Below, piece after piece: positions 11,441-25,716 of a stretch of 38,841 nucleotides of DNA (position 1 is the stretch's first letter; every line of letters begins with the position of its first letter). The DNA is taken from assembly GCA_010093705.1 (NCBI GenBank), contig MU006114.1, positions 248,001 to 286,841 on the forward strand, given 5' to 3'. The notes under the pieces are model-generated. The model worked only from the letters and a program-made list of their open reading frames with translations, did not search any database and was not told where the DNA came from. Both the position numbers and the translations under genes were made by a program. Origin of the DNA: Patellaria atrata CBS 101060. Its lineage: Eukaryota.

Positions 11441-13015
11441 TCATCTGGGAGTATCTGCGAAATCAGCAGGAGTGTCAACCTCTAGAGTTCCTTCATCGCG
11501 TAGATTCACAGTCAGTCGTATCTCGAGCTCTGCCTTCGCCTTCTCCATTTCAGCACCTTCCTCCATCTTCCAGATCCTGACCGTTCCGTCTCTGCTCCCA
11601 CTAACCAGCATTGGCTCCGTTGGATGCGTGTCGACACCCAGTACTACGTCTGTGTGGCCTCTCAGGGGCGCATCTTCCGTTCCTGCTTCAAGTCTCTGAA
11701 GCACGTTTTTGGAACTTACGTCCCAGAGCACGATACTACCGTCTTCACTTCCTGAGGCTATAAATGCGTACTCGTGTCCCTTAGCCCCGTAAGTGCCAAA
11801 TGAGCCGGACATACTGAATTTTTGGTTTTGATGACCTTGATATGTCTTGACACATCGGCCTTCGACGTAGTTCCAGAGTCTAATACAGGAGTCAAGCGTC
11901 CATGCTAGGACATACTTGCCGTTCGGCGAAAATCGGACGGAGACTACGGGCGCGTTGTCTTCGTGGATGAGCGTACGGAGACATTGTCCGGTTGAGGTGT
12001 CCCATATGCGGCTTTCAAGGAGTCAGTGACGGTTTCTGGATGAAAATAGAATATGAGGAAGGCTTACATGCCGCCGTCTGTGGAACAGCTGACTATGAGC
12101 GTTCCATCTCTGACGAAATCCACACCACCAACGGGATCGGAGTGAGCAGGTAGCTTTTTCAGTATTCGACCTGTACGGACGTCCCAGGTGAAGACTGCTT
12201 CATCGTATGCGCCACTTACTAGTATGTTACCTTTGGGTGAAAAGGCAATCGAGTACACATAATTGTGATGTCCTAGGAATGGTATGGGATGCGGTTTGCC
12301 CTGGTACAGCTGTCAATGTTGGTTCATAAGACTAAAGAGATTATATCCCGTACTGTTGACGTATCCCACAACCTTATAGACTTGTCATCTGACCCTGAAG
12401 CAATAATCCTGGAGTCAGGACCCCATGCCAGCGTTGATATTCCGGCAAGATGTCCTTCAAATGTGTGCTCTATCTTGCCCGTATGTGCATCCCATATCTT
12501 AAGAAGTCCATCCGCAGCTACACTCACGCCTCAATTAGCCACAGTCGCTCTCCCACATATTTGAAATTCGAGTACTAACAACAACTCGCCACCCTCGTAC
12601 CATCTGGCGAGAACTTCACAACCGCAATCCCCCTTTTATGTCCTCTCAGTACCAGCCTCGGCTTGTAGTACAACTGCGTAGGTTTAGGGGGTGGAGGTTC
12701 CACAAGCTTGCGTTGGGGTTCTTCTGGGGCTGGCGATCTTGGGGATCTTGAACGAGTGGACCCGTATGAGCGCGATCTTTCACGCTGATAATATAAGCTC
12801 CGATCCTCCTGTTCTGGGCTCCTTGTATTATCATCGCGCTCTCTGTAGCTCCGTGAGGGGCGCTCGACTAGCTGACAGGAAGGGCTGTCATGGACAGAAG
12901 GTGAGATCGACCGTGGATGAGATGGTTCTCGCTCTTGGTCCACTAGATCTACTGAGTCGCTACTTAGTCGTCTGCGTTTCGGTGAGGTTCGGTCTATGCC
13001 GTTGGGAGATTCCAT
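11441..13015 (-). CDS. SWD3: WD40-repeat protein, WDR5/Swd3 family (COMPASS/Set1 H3K4 methyltransferase complex subunit); exons 13015-12580, 12517-12354, 12300-12068, 12011-11441
   Basis: Successive WD repeats with WDR5-type strings: [86 protein letters not shown]. Three in-frame introns. The first ATG is at 13015; the ORF track starts at an upstream TTG. Confidence 0.9.
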
Positions 13016-13057
13016 TTTTTGGGCTATTGCGGAGGAGGGGCGGAGGAGGGATGTTGC

Positions 13058-13254
13058 ACGCGTCAACGAATTGATATCTAAGACACAGTAGTCTGAGTAT
13101 AGCCAATTGTTATAAGCACGAAATCCGGGAATTGGGAAATTAGTATAAACTCAGGATTATTCCGCGAGTGTTAATATTGTCAAACAAAGAATGTTTAATG
13201 TTGTCGCTTCGCGCTCTCGCCAATTTACGTATATGTACAACGTCATGCACGCGT
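13058..13254. promoter_or_regulatory. Two MCB-type ACGCGT elements in the divergent SWD3/ISC1 promoter
   Basis: ACGCGT at 13058-13063 and 13249-13254; function inferred from the yeast MBF consensus. Confidence 0.35.
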
Positions 13255-13378
13255 TACTCAGAACGCTCAGCAGGACAAAGAAATCAGACTCATCGATGAT
13301 CCTCCCTCTAGAATACTTAAACCCAAACAATAAAAGTACACCAAACTGACATCCAAGCACTAATTTCATACAGAGATC

Positions 13379-14907
13379 ATGGGCTCATTCTACGAAGAAG
13401 CCCCGACCCAGATCAACATATTCACCCTCAACTGCTGGGGTCTCAAATACATCGCAAAGCATCGCAATGCCCGTCTAGCTGAGATTGGAAACCAAATAGC
13501 GGTAGCAAATCCAATTCCCGAGATAGTGGGATTACAAGAGTGCTGGACACAAGAAGACTATCTAGCAATTCGAGAAAGCACACGCAAGATATTGCCGTAC
13601 GGGAAGTTCTACTACAGCGGAATATTTGGTGGCGGACTCGCAATATTGTCGAAATGGCCAATCGAGGAGAGTACGATGGTTCGATATCCTCTCAATGGTA
13701 GGCCAGCAGCCTTCTATCGCGGGGACTGGTTTGTCGGCAAGGGAGTAGCGTGTGCCAGAATAAGGATAGGGAGGGAGCGTAAAGATGTCGTTGAAGTCTT
13801 TTGCACGCATGTAAGATCATAAGGGCACAATTCACAGGAAGAAAGAAACTAATGTCTGTTAAGCTTCACGCTCCCTACGAAAGCGAACCATACGATTCAT
13901 ACCTCTGCCACCGTACAGCTCAAGCATGGGAAATCGCGAAGTTGATGCGCCATGCTGCTGAAAGAGGCCATCTAGTTATCGGACTAGGTGACTTTAACAT
14001 GCGTCCGTTGTCTCTCGCCCACAGACTTATCGAAGCTCATTCTCCTGTCAAGGATGTATGGCGGATACTGCATCCAGATTCCTCTGTAGGTGCCGCAAAA
14101 GACGCAGTAGAAAAATCCAGGGGCAAACCCATACCCTCCGCCGATTACAACCTCACCGTCAACGGAGCAACCTGTGACAGCGCCCTAAACACATGGCGCT
14201 GGAACAAGGGCCACCAAAAACGTCTTGACAAGGGCCATAACATCGTAGTTGAACACAGCGTCGAAGATCCTAAGGCCAAACGCCTCGACTACATCTTCTT
14301 CGCGAACCCCGAAACTGATTCACCGAACGCCACACCACAATGGGCCGTCACCTCCGCAACAGTGGGTATGACAGGTCGCCACCCGACTCTCCATTGCTCC
14401 CTCAGCGATCACTTCTCCGTAGAAGCGACACTAACCCTTCAACCACCCTCATCCACAAAGATCATGAACCGTAATCTCTCCGCGCAAACAACCGTTCCTC
14501 CAGACGGCACCATATCCACCAGCCCCCTACCCCTTGAGACCTACGACTCTATCCTCACCCTAACCCAAGCATATACACTCCGCGAGCGCCACCAACGCAT
14601 CCTGCGTCTCGCCCATATGGGATGGCAGCTCTGTCTCTCCATCGGCTGTCTCACCGGCATTTGGTGGGCGCCGTACCCTGGAGTGGGGTTCTTGCTGGCG
14701 TTGTTGAGTACGGTGGGCTTGAGTGTCGGGGTTATCGATGGGTTGATGGGAGGTCTATTTGTGGGAAGTGAGTTAAGAGCGCTGAAGGAGTTTGAGTGGG
14801 AGATCATGAGAGCGAGGGAGGATGCGGAGAGGGTGGGAAGGGAGAATTGGGCCAGGGATGAGGAGGGGAAAGGGGCGCTTGGGGGCTTTATTGAGGTTAT
14901 TTCCTAA
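13379..14907 (+). CDS. ISC1: Inositol phosphosphingolipid phospholipase C / neutral sphingomyelinase; exons 13379-13810, 13864-14907
   Basis: EEP-superfamily motifs TLNCWGL, VGLQECW, GDWFVGKG, THLHAPY across the splice, GDFN, RLDYIF and SDH, plus two C-terminal hydrophobic TM segments. Intron GTAAGA..CTAAT..AAG. Confidence 0.95.
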
Positions 14908-15622
14908 CGAGAGCAATGTGGTGGTTCGAATGCATGGAATTGAACATTGGGTTCTAATCTTATGCGGACATGAGTATGACAACTGCAACTATAGCGACTT
15001 GTTAACAGTAACAGTATATATTGTTTAATGAAATAGAAAGAAAGGAAATATGATTTGACTCATGAAGTATACTGTAAGGCCGTGACTCAAGGCGTCCTCC
15101 CTTCCATCAGGCTATACAGCTACAAGATTATATGCATTAAGTCAATAGCCTAGTAAATCGTTTTAAGCTCTCTACACTCTCAACGTCGGTGTCCTTCGCT
15201 GGATATACAAAGGTTGTGGAAGGAAGTGGTCTGATATATTCGTTCTGAGTAAAGAGACATAAGAAGGCTGGATATTGATTCGCACATCATGATGGTACTC
15301 CCACCGATTGTACAGTCTGACTAACTTCGTACTGTCTCTCATTGGTATTGTTGTAGGAACCCCTTCGGGCGAGATGGTAATACAGTATCATGTCCTTTTT
15401 GGTTATACCGCTATCGCTACTTCGGTATAATTTGATGATATGAACACATCGGTACAGCATGTGAATCAACACCGAAAATACCTAATCATAGGCGGTACGT
15501 ACTGTACAGTGGGTGTACAGAACCGATCCTAGTCTCTTGTTTGAGAGTCACGTAACTTACGAAAAGAGGTTGGGGCAGGACATGTTCTCAAGTAGGACAC
15601 CAGAGGTTGAATTCGAGTCATC

Positions 15623-16823
<1,201 letters not shown>

Positions 16824-17291
16824 TATGACTTCACTCTAAAGGTAGTCTCCAGAATCCAAAAGTAGTCCACTGCTGTGGCAAGCTGATTCTAGAGACACCT
16901 CACCTCAGAAACCTGACGAGCTTTATCCTATCTTCGCTATGAATGTCAAACAAACGGAGTACTCTCGAATCCCGAGCTTTAACCTCCTGTCTGTTCACAC
17001 GAGACTGTAAGAACTTGATATACGGACTGACCCACTAGGTGACTATGGGAGTTTCTCTGTTCGTTAAAACAACCACATCTCCACTGAAAATTCTTTGCCA
17101 ATCTTCCTTCTTTCAATCTCTTCCAAGCTCTTTCGTGACTTTGTTCTTACAGATAGTATTATCTTTTCTGAACTCAAAAAAAGTAGGTGTTTTTTGCTTT
17201 CTCAACACTCTTCTCCACAATCTTTTGTATTTGACAAAATTATTTTTAAGTTATCGATAACAAGTGCTAACAAATCCCTGCTTAGCGTAGG

Positions 17292-17308
17292 GACGCGCTA
17301 ATCGCGTC
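17292..17308. promoter_or_regulatory. Inverted pair of MCB-like CGCG cores upstream of APN1
   Basis: GACGCG-ctaat-CGCGTC, about 50 nt before ATG 17360; consistent with MBF control of DNA-repair genes (inference). Confidence 0.45.
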
Positions 17309-17359
17309 TCCCCAGTTACCATTTGATCTTAGATCTGACATTGAACGAACTTCTTTACA

Positions 17360-18907
17360 ATGCCCTCGAAAGTCACCAACCGCAGCAATGCCCGGACCAT
17401 GGAAGAAAATATATCGTCAGAACTGTCCTCCGCAAGTTCATTGTCACAAGAGATTTCCAAATCGAAACCCAAAGCTACTGGTCGTAAACGTGTTGCAGAA
17501 ACCCCTGTGACTCCCTCAAAACGAGCCAAAAAGTCCAAAACTGACTTGAAAGTCAAGGAAGAGGTTGAACTCAAGGCCGTGAAAGCGAAGACAAAGGGTG
17601 GTTTGAAGAAGACAACCAAATTCGAGGTTGAAGAAACCGAGGAAGTGGTAGAAGAAGAGGGAGACAAGGTCAAGGTCAAGAAAGTCACCAGGAAGCGTAA
17701 GACGAAGGAGGAAAAAGAGGCAGAAGCAATGCCTCTTGCTGCACGGACTGTTGGTTCAAATCTCTACATTGGAGCGCATGTGAGTAGTGCGGGTGGAGTG
17801 CATAATACTATCATAAATGCATTACACATTGGTGGAAATGCATTAGCCATGTTCCTGAAGTCGCAACGCAAATGGGAGAATCCGCCCCTAAAAGACGAGC
17901 ATATGTCGCTCTACCATCAACACTGCAGCAATCATAACTACGATAGCACGCAACATGTTGTTCCACACGGTTCTTACCTTGTTAACCTTGCTCATATTGG
18001 CAAGGAGCGCACAGCCCAAGCATACAAGAGCTTCCTTGACGACCTCAAACGCTGTGAGAGCCTAGGAATCAAGCTCTACAACTTTCACCCAGGCAATAGC
18101 GCTGAGTCAAGCCGTGAAGAAGCGATTTCGCATCTAGCAAAGCAGTTGAACCGCGCACATAAGGAAACCCAATCCGGTCCAAGTGCTGTCGTGACTCTAC
18201 TTGAAACCATGGCTACCGGTGGTAACATCATTGGCACTACTTTCGAGGAACTCGCCGCTATTATCGACCAAGTAGAAGCTAAAGACCGTATCGGTGTCTG
18301 TTTGGATACTTGCCATATCTTTGCAGCAGGCTATGATCTTCGCACCCCCGAAGCTTTTCAAGCTACCATAAAACAGTTCGATACCATCATCGGACTAAAA
18401 TACCTCCGCGCGTTCCATATCAACGATTCGAAAGCTCCATTCAAGAGCAACAAGGATTTGCACGCCAATATTGGCACCGGCTTCCTTGGGCTTCGTGCAT
18501 TTCATAACATCATGAATGAAACCCGCCTGCATGGTATCCCTATGGTTCTCGAGACACCGATCAGTGTCACGAATGCGGAAGGTAAGAAAGTTGAAGATGA
18601 GAGTATCTGGGCCAGAGAGATCAAGCTACTTGAAAGTCTCGAGGGGATGGATGTTGAGAGTGATGAGTTCAAGAAGCTCGAGAAGGAGCTGCAGGAAAAA
18701 GGAGAGAAAGAGAGAGCTAGAGTTGATGACATGGTGAAGAGGAGAGATGAGAAGAAGGCGAAAGAGGCCACTAAGGGGACTAAGGGAGCCAAGGGAGCTA
18801 AAGTAGCTAAGGGGACGAATGGAAAGGCGAAAAAGAAGAAAGCTAAGGAGGATAGTGATGAAGCTTCTTCGCCCGGAACCTCTACAGCTCTCAGTGACGG
18901 CGATTAG
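17360..18907 (+). CDS. APN1: AP endonuclease 1 (endonuclease IV family), single exon
   Basis: IGAHVSSAGG, PHGSYLVNL, YNFHPG, LLETMA, GVCLDTCHIFAAGYD, HINDSK, DLHANIG, LETP, with Lys/Glu-rich terminal extensions. Confidence 0.97.
   Translation: MPSKVTNRSNARTMEENISSELSSASSLSQEISKSKPKATGRKRVAETPVTPSKRAKKSKTDLKVKEEVELKAVKAKTKGGLKKTTKFEVEETEEVVEEEGDKVKVKKVTRKRKTKEEKEAEAMPLAARTVGSNLYIGAHVSSAGGVHNTIINALHIGGNALAMFLKSQRKWENPPLKDEHMSLYHQHCSNHNYDSTQHVVPHGSYLVNLAHIGKERTAQAYKSFLDDLKRCESLGIKLYNFHPGNSAESSREEAISHLAKQLNRAHKETQSGPSAVVTLLETMATGGNIIGTTFEELAAIIDQVEAKDRIGVCLDTCHIFAAGYDLRTPEAFQATIKQFDTIIGLKYLRAFHINDSKAPFKSNKDLHANIGTGFLGLRAFHNIMNETRLHGIPMVLETPISVTNAEGKKVEDESIWAREIKLLESLEGMDVESDEFKKLEKELQEKGEKERARVDDMVKRRDEKKAKEATKGTKGAKGAKVAKGTNGKAKKKKAKEDSDEASSPGTSTALSDGD
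18773..18817 (+). repeat. 5 x 9-nt tandem repeat encoding KGT-KGA-KGA-KVA-KGT in the APN1 tail
   Basis: aaggggact aagggagcc aagggagct aaagtagct aaggggacg. Confidence 0.75.
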
Positions 18908-19239
18908 CAGTCTTTGAATTATGCGTCTACCTTCCGAGGCATATGTATTTGACATGGGGCTTTGCTCACTGCTGGTAAGGCAGATACTTGGGATAGATGC
19001 TGCTGACTGGATAGTCATTAGCACAATCTACATAAGAATACACAATGTAAATATTACCCTTAGATGGCATTCATTCCATGGCCAGTGGAGCTTGAATATA
19101 TCTACTACATTATTTTCTGATCGCTGACGGATATGAATGTCGAACAGAACGTGAAGAGAATATTTTTAATCATTGATAGATGACCTAGCAAGATATTCTC
19201 TCAATATCCTCGCCGCATATTTGATCCCCATTGGATATT

Positions 19240-20497
19240 TTATAGTGATGGTCTCTGACCGATGTGCGGGAACACGTGGTTCAGACAATCCCCTCCACCA
19301 ATGTCATCCGACGATCTCTTTGGTTCGTCTTTCATCTGGTTGCCGTCCGGATTGATTGTTTGGGCGCCCATAGGAGCATGCATAACTGTCTTGTTGTCGT
19401 CTCCGTCCCTAAGACCAGCCACATCTTGTTTCTCCTTCTCCTTATTCAGCATTTGTGTCGTAGATGTGCTATGGTCACTAGATAGTTTGAGAGCCTTGTC
19501 TACCTCTTTGGTCAGCTTCTCTACTGCTTCGTTGAGTGTCTCCTCTCTCGGTTTCTGCTCCTCGGCCTTCTTTTCTATTTTGTCTTCAGGGCGAGCCGTC
19601 TTAGCCCATTCTGTCTCTAACTCTTCCAGCCAACCCAGAGCTTTAGCCAACTTCCTAACTCCGGAATCGCAATCTTCAAGTAGTAGGACATCATCTGGTC
19701 TACTGCCTAAAGATCCTACTTGCTCGTTATTGATCAGCAATCTCGGAACGCCTTCACCGCAGAACCCTGGTAAACTAGCAAATGGGTATACGGTAAGACT
19801 CGTTCCCATTACGATTGCTAAATCAGCGTCCGCTGGTAACGTTTTGTTCTGGGAGAATGATTCAGGCATTGGTTCACCGTAAAATACGATGTTAGGTTTC
19901 ACGAGCCCACGGCAGGTGTCATCTTCACACTGCGGTACACTTCCCTTCCGCACCACCTCGAGCATTTTCTCCGGTAGATAACGGGATTTACACTCAATGC
20001 AGCTCGCCGTCGCAAAGCTACCATGTGCCTCGATGATACTATCACTAGGAACACCGGCCCTGCTCTCCAGACAGTCGATATTCTGCGTGAAGAGCTTGAG
20101 CAAGAGGCCCTTATCATGCACAAGCTTGATGAAGCTGTGAGTGATAGTGGGTCGGAACTTGCTCGGATCGAGTTCCTGCGCGAGCATATAGAACGGGTTT
20201 GGATTGTTGCGGAAATAGGAGATTTCGAAGACGGATTCTGCATGGGGGAGATCGAAACGTGCGAGATTTGCGTAGAGACCGGTTTCTGGAGAGCGGAAAT
20301 CTGGGATCCCAGCCGATGTTGAGATTCCGGCGCCGGTCTAAGACATGTTAACTAGTGGTTCTTTCTTTTGGTGATACAAGAAGAGGTTGCCGAACCATAA
20401 TGACGATCTTTTTTGCCTTTCCATCTTTAATATACCTTGCTATTCCTTCCAGAGTTCTACTTTCTAGGGTCTCTGGTGTGGAAGCATCTTGCCCCAT
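19240..20497 (-). CDS. HST2: NAD-dependent protein deacetylase, sirtuin class I (Hst2/SIRT2-like); exons 20497-20396, 20337-19240
   Basis: MGQDAS..IVIM|TGAGISTSAGIPDFRSP, FTQNIDCLE, EAHGSF, Zn-binding CIEC..CEDDTC, VKPNIVFYGE, GTSLTVYPFA. Confidence 0.92.
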
Positions 20498-21560
20498 TTT
20501 GCAAAGATACTCCACTTTTCAATGCCTTTACCCTTACCTTGCCACGGCTTATCAGACTGGTGATGAGGTTTGTGTTTTCGACCTATATTTGCTGCTACCT
20601 TTTGCCACAATCTACGCGATGTTGCAATGAATGAATGTCACGAGGACATACAATGTGAAGGTTATATGGATTGTGGTTCGGGCTCAAGCTCTATGAAATC
20701 CCTTCGCTTGGGTGTTGAACCTAAGAAAATCCGAATATGTAGTTTTTCTAGGGGTAGAGTTCGCGAAAAGTGAAAGTACTAAACTTCATGAAGCTCGGAC
20801 ATTTGACGAATTTCTGCTGACATCATACTTTGGAAACTGGTATCCTGAAAAGGTTAACTTGATATTAATTCGCACGTGCGGCCGTTGAATTTCTCTTGGC
20901 AGTCCGTTGCTGCCAATACCTTATGTCAGTTCGAGCTCCAAGGGCTCTCTTTCAACCTCCGCGCTCTACAATATACACGCGCTCTCATCAGAATTACACG
21001 TTTATTCAGTATGCATATGGACACTTTGGTTAGGGAAAGGTATCCATGCCAGATTACTTATAACAGATATAGCAATGACACAAGACGGTTAAGAGGATGA
21101 CAACTTGGGTTTTCGTGCCACGCGTGCTTCGCGACCCTATCCTCAGCATTCAACTTCAAGTCATCCTCTTTACGTTCAATTGAATTTTTTTCCTTCTCCT
21201 TATCTCACCACCTGAAATATATATATTGTTATATATGTTATGAATTGTGATATATTTAGCACTTCGACCCCAACTCTCCAGGCTGCAGTCACGTTGAGGC
21301 TTAGCTTTATGCAACAACTGATTCCCAGGAAGTGATTCCCGTATGGGACCTTAATTGACAGATAGGCCCCGGGAACACTAGAATCTCTCCCAATTATAAG
21401 CTCAAGGATTGTCTTGAATTAATACTGAGTCGGATGCCTTCGGTACGGTCTCCCTTCTCTCTCACTCCCTCTTCTACGTTTGCAATTCCCGTCACCTATC
21501 TCCTAACCTACGAGCGAGTTCTTAAATTCTTGTATAGATATAGCCGCTTGCATACTTAAA

Positions 21561-24093
21561 ATGCATAGTCACAAAAGGTCTGAGGAGACGCCAACCACTA
21601 AGATCGGAACTTCCTGGAGAGTACGGAGCTCATTCAGGAAAGAGTGCACACCCCATTTGTTTAGCGATGAGAGCGGTAAGACCAAACCTTCAAAGGTATG
21701 AATTGACGACGTCACCTGCTACAGTATTTATCCACTACATTATGGACTAACCGTTCAAGTAGTCGCCAAACAGATGGAGGAAAAATCTATCCCGAATACG
21801 GCTCAGCAATTCCCCTACTCCGGCTGTTTCAAAATCTATGATTGGATGTCCAACCCTTAATCCTGGGTGGACATATGATAGAGTTCTCGAAAGAAGTGTG
21901 TGGAACAATTTTGATTACTTTCTAGACTACAGAGATGGGGATATCAACAAAGCGGAGCAAGTACTACAACTATCTGGCAGTGCTTGTACCAGTGATTCAT
22001 CTCTACAGTGCCACCTAAATCATGTAGTTTCGGCTTGTCCAACGCACGACTCTATTTCAGATAGAGCTAATACATCCTTAAGCGCGTCCGATCTTGCAGC
22101 AGGTGTAAAGAGTAAGGAGCGTCCAGAATCAAGAACAAAATTTCACTCAAACGACCCATTCAGAAGATCGGATATCTTCGGCTTACAGGGACAGAGAGTG
22201 TCTTCAGACGGCTATATCTACACCGATGAGATGGGCATCATCGGCAAACTGATTGTCGGTGACCCGCAATTGGTAAAAGGGTTACCGATTGGTTATTACG
22301 GCGAAATATACGATGATGCAAAAACTATTGTTGGGCTATGTCAAATAATCTCCGGCTCTAATGCATTCATAGAAACATGTTCGATGGTAAGGGAACCGTG
22401 CGTAGTCCGCGGCGTCACGATCGCTGCCTCGGGGGAGGTTTTTGACCGAAATGGTGTTCTTGCTGGAGTTGTTGCTCAAGGCAAACCGGAATGCATTCGT
22501 GGGCTTAGTGTTAATGAGAACGGAAGTGTACTCGACTCTGACCGGAATATCGTTGCTACTGTACGGTTTCTGAAGAGTTGGATTGGTGACGGCGTTCAAA
22601 GGCGGAGCTACTCTTCCTTTACTTCAGCGCATCCCGCAGCTCTACCCGACGGCCTCGAAATCCCTTTGGCAATGTACGATACGGCTTCCTCGCAGTCGAA
22701 GAGCAATCGGTCTTCTAGGTTCTCTTCCGGAAGTGAATTGACTGGAACAACACTAGATATAGACGAGATATCGCCTGGCAGATCGCCACTACGAATCGCC
22801 GCACCGTCGAATCAGATCCGAAAAATTATCCGAGGGGAACGGTATTTTGATGAGTCTAGCCAAGCACAAGGCATGGATAAGCTTAAGTATTCCAGGTGTC
22901 TAGAGCATGAGGATGCGAGTATCGTCTCTATTGGAACAAATCAATCAGATCTCAATCAGAAGCCGGAGGATATCGCCATCGAGTGTGGCTGGCCATATGG
23001 GCATCAAGAATTTTCCGGTGAGACTAATATACTGCAAAGAGTTGCCCCGTTAGGTCACGGATCTTTGGGTATCGTCGAGGAAGTTCGAGTGCCCAATCGG
23101 ACCAAGACCTTTGTACGGAAACAAGTATATATACCACACTATAATCGAAGACAGCGGCTCAAGATGGTCCAAGCTGAGGGAGACTTCCTTAAGTCTCTAG
23201 CACATCCACACGTTGTTAAAGTAATAGGGACATTTCAAGAAGGTGTATCAACGGGTAAGCAATCTTACTCGATACTCATGAGTCCGGTCGGCGATTGTGA
23301 CCTCAAGCACTTACTCGATATTCTTGGTGAGCAAGAATTAAAAAAGGATACGTTTAGGGAGCAACGCCAGTGGCTATCCAGTTGGTTCAAGTGTTTATCA
23401 TCTGCATTAGCATATATTCATGGTCAAGGCGTCCGCCATCAGGATATCAAGCCGCAAAATATAATACATCGGGGACCGGACGTGTTCTTCACCGATTTTA
23501 GCTCTGCTAGTAATTTCAGATTAGGATGTACTACATCAACTGAGAACCCTGCTCGTACCACTCATATGTACGCTGCACCCGAGGTGATTGCACACATAGA
23601 TCATTATCAGAAGCATGGCCGAGGTACGGATGTCTTTGCTCTAGGTGCAGTATTTTGCGAGATGCGGACTGCCGCTCAAGGCAAATCTGTGGGCGACTTT
23701 CAGTTGTTTTGCCGAGGTGTTGATGACCCAGAAACGTGCAAAGATATCTTTGATCTCAATCAATACCGTTACGCGGAATCTGATGAAGACTCGGATAATC
23801 GCAGTGTGGACTCTATAAATGTTGGCATTCAACTCACAATATCGAAGCAGAGAACACCCTCTTTGGATAGCGTACTGCTTTATGGCAACAAGACCGACCG
23901 TATCGATAGATGGTTCGGGCAAGACGCACAGTATACCGAGTACATTAAACCGATGTTGAGAGTTGAGCGTAGGAGTAGACCCACCGCGTCCTCGGTCGCG
24001 AGGTCATTCAGGGATACCAGCTCATGGTCGAATAAACCATGCGTATGTGAGAGCCAGTTATGGTCCTTGGAGTCATCTACCGTGTGCTTGTAA
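21561..24093 (+). CDS. Ser/Thr protein kinase-like protein with N-terminal DUF3659-like repeats; exons 21561-21695, 21763-24093
   Basis: Kinase motifs LGHGSLGIV, VRK, HPHVVK, HQDIKPQN, DFS, YAAPE, DVFALG. The upstream 45-codon exon joins in frame through GTATGA..CTAAC..TAG; the start codon is less certain than the domain call. Confidence 0.85.
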
Positions 24094-25716
24094 TGATACA
24101 TTATCTTCATACATTATCTTCATTCAAATGTCAAAACAACCAGTTGGTAGGTCGGAGTGATGAGTTTTTCTACCTCAGTTTCGTTCTCACCATCCCTGTC
24201 TGCGTAATTTTTACGAGTTTTAAAACTTCTTTTAATCAGTGTTTCTCTTTAAACTTTCTACAGGTGTAATTCTGTAAAGATGGCGCTTAACCGGGGTCTC
24301 ACCACTCTATAGGTAGTACATTATCATAAATGTTCCTCAATGAAGTTCCTAAAGCATCTCCATAGTTTGTTATCCTTGAAGCAAGATCGTTGCTCGGGCC
24401 TATCTTCGTCCCTTGTTTCTAGAGTACAACAGAACCGCGTAAAACTGTGAGAGCATCTTGGTTCCATTGATAGAGTACGATTCGACAGACTTACCCAGCA
24501 CTAGATAGCCACTCCATTACTGGAAGCTGTCTTTGAAAGCCCCTATAGGAACTCTATCTGCATTACGCTCTGCGCGGCCGGCCTCGTACCTACGCTGAGC
24601 GAGGTACCCATTCCCTTCAAAAAGCGCTGCTAACAATTTAAGACATGGCGAGTTATGGGATCTCTCTCCTAGTGCGGGTGTCGGTAGCTTCTCATATGCC
24701 GTATGGTAAGTGTGAGATGAGATTTTGACTTGATTTGTCTACATACGGTGGCAGATGCGTTGTATATACACCACCTAGTGCTTGGCTAAAACAGATCCAA
24801 AACAGCTGAAACTGGCTAAAACGAGGGGTGTAGAGGCATCAAAAGTACTGTTTTAGAGCTAACAGACCCCCTATATTTCATTTAATAATAAGTGAAACCC
24901 GACATAGTCCGTACAGACCGGTGAAATTTCGTCAGGAGCAAAAATTGGCGGTATGCCATTCTCGGTACGAAGATCGTACCGAGACCTAGTGTATCTACAT
25001 CAATGTATAAGGAGAGGAAGAGTTAAATGCTCATTTGAAACTCTGAATTAGGAACGGTATTCCCTTATTAGAGTACTCTAGACTCTGCGTACGCTATACA
25101 TTAGTGGGCTTTCGACTTCTTTATACCAAATAATTAGATTTTCTCAGGGGTAGGATGGAGATAAACTTATTAAGGTTGATTTTTTTATGCTAAGAGATCT
25201 TATCTAACGAGATAAGATTATGCTTGACGTATATATACCGTAACGTCAGCAACCAACATCGTGACAAACCTTAACATAACGCATGCGCAATATGAACCGA
25301 CGACGATGCTTTGATTAAAATCTCCGGGTGTCAAAACTAGCCTCATATTGTTCCACAACCTCAGAGATTTGTGCAAAGAAGTCGTACTTTGTAGGACAAA
25401 TGACAGATAGAGCAGCGCAACACTGTCACAGATGAATCAAGCAATGAAGAATTCTACCTTTTAACACACTTCCGATTATCTCCCAATGAAGGCCGACGAG
25501 TTATTGGTAGCCGTATTGGATGCAGAAGTGTAGGTGCATTGAATCAAATCATACGGTATTAGCAAGACCTGAAGCTTGATGAGATGTCCAACATTCAACC
25601 TACCTTAGCCCCAGTGTTAGAACTATATTACACAGAAAATAATCATTCTTAAAACTTGCATTCCATCCCCAACGTCGCGTGCGATATTTCTAAGTCTTAT
25701 TCTATATTCTCATATC

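Noticed and set aside
19262..19882. 206-aa plus-strand ORF and similar antisense ORFs (15824-16234, 32446-33081, 35310-35732, 36031-36513)
   Set aside because: They are shadows of well-supported genes on the opposite strand (HST2, DIM1, REV1, FPR4).
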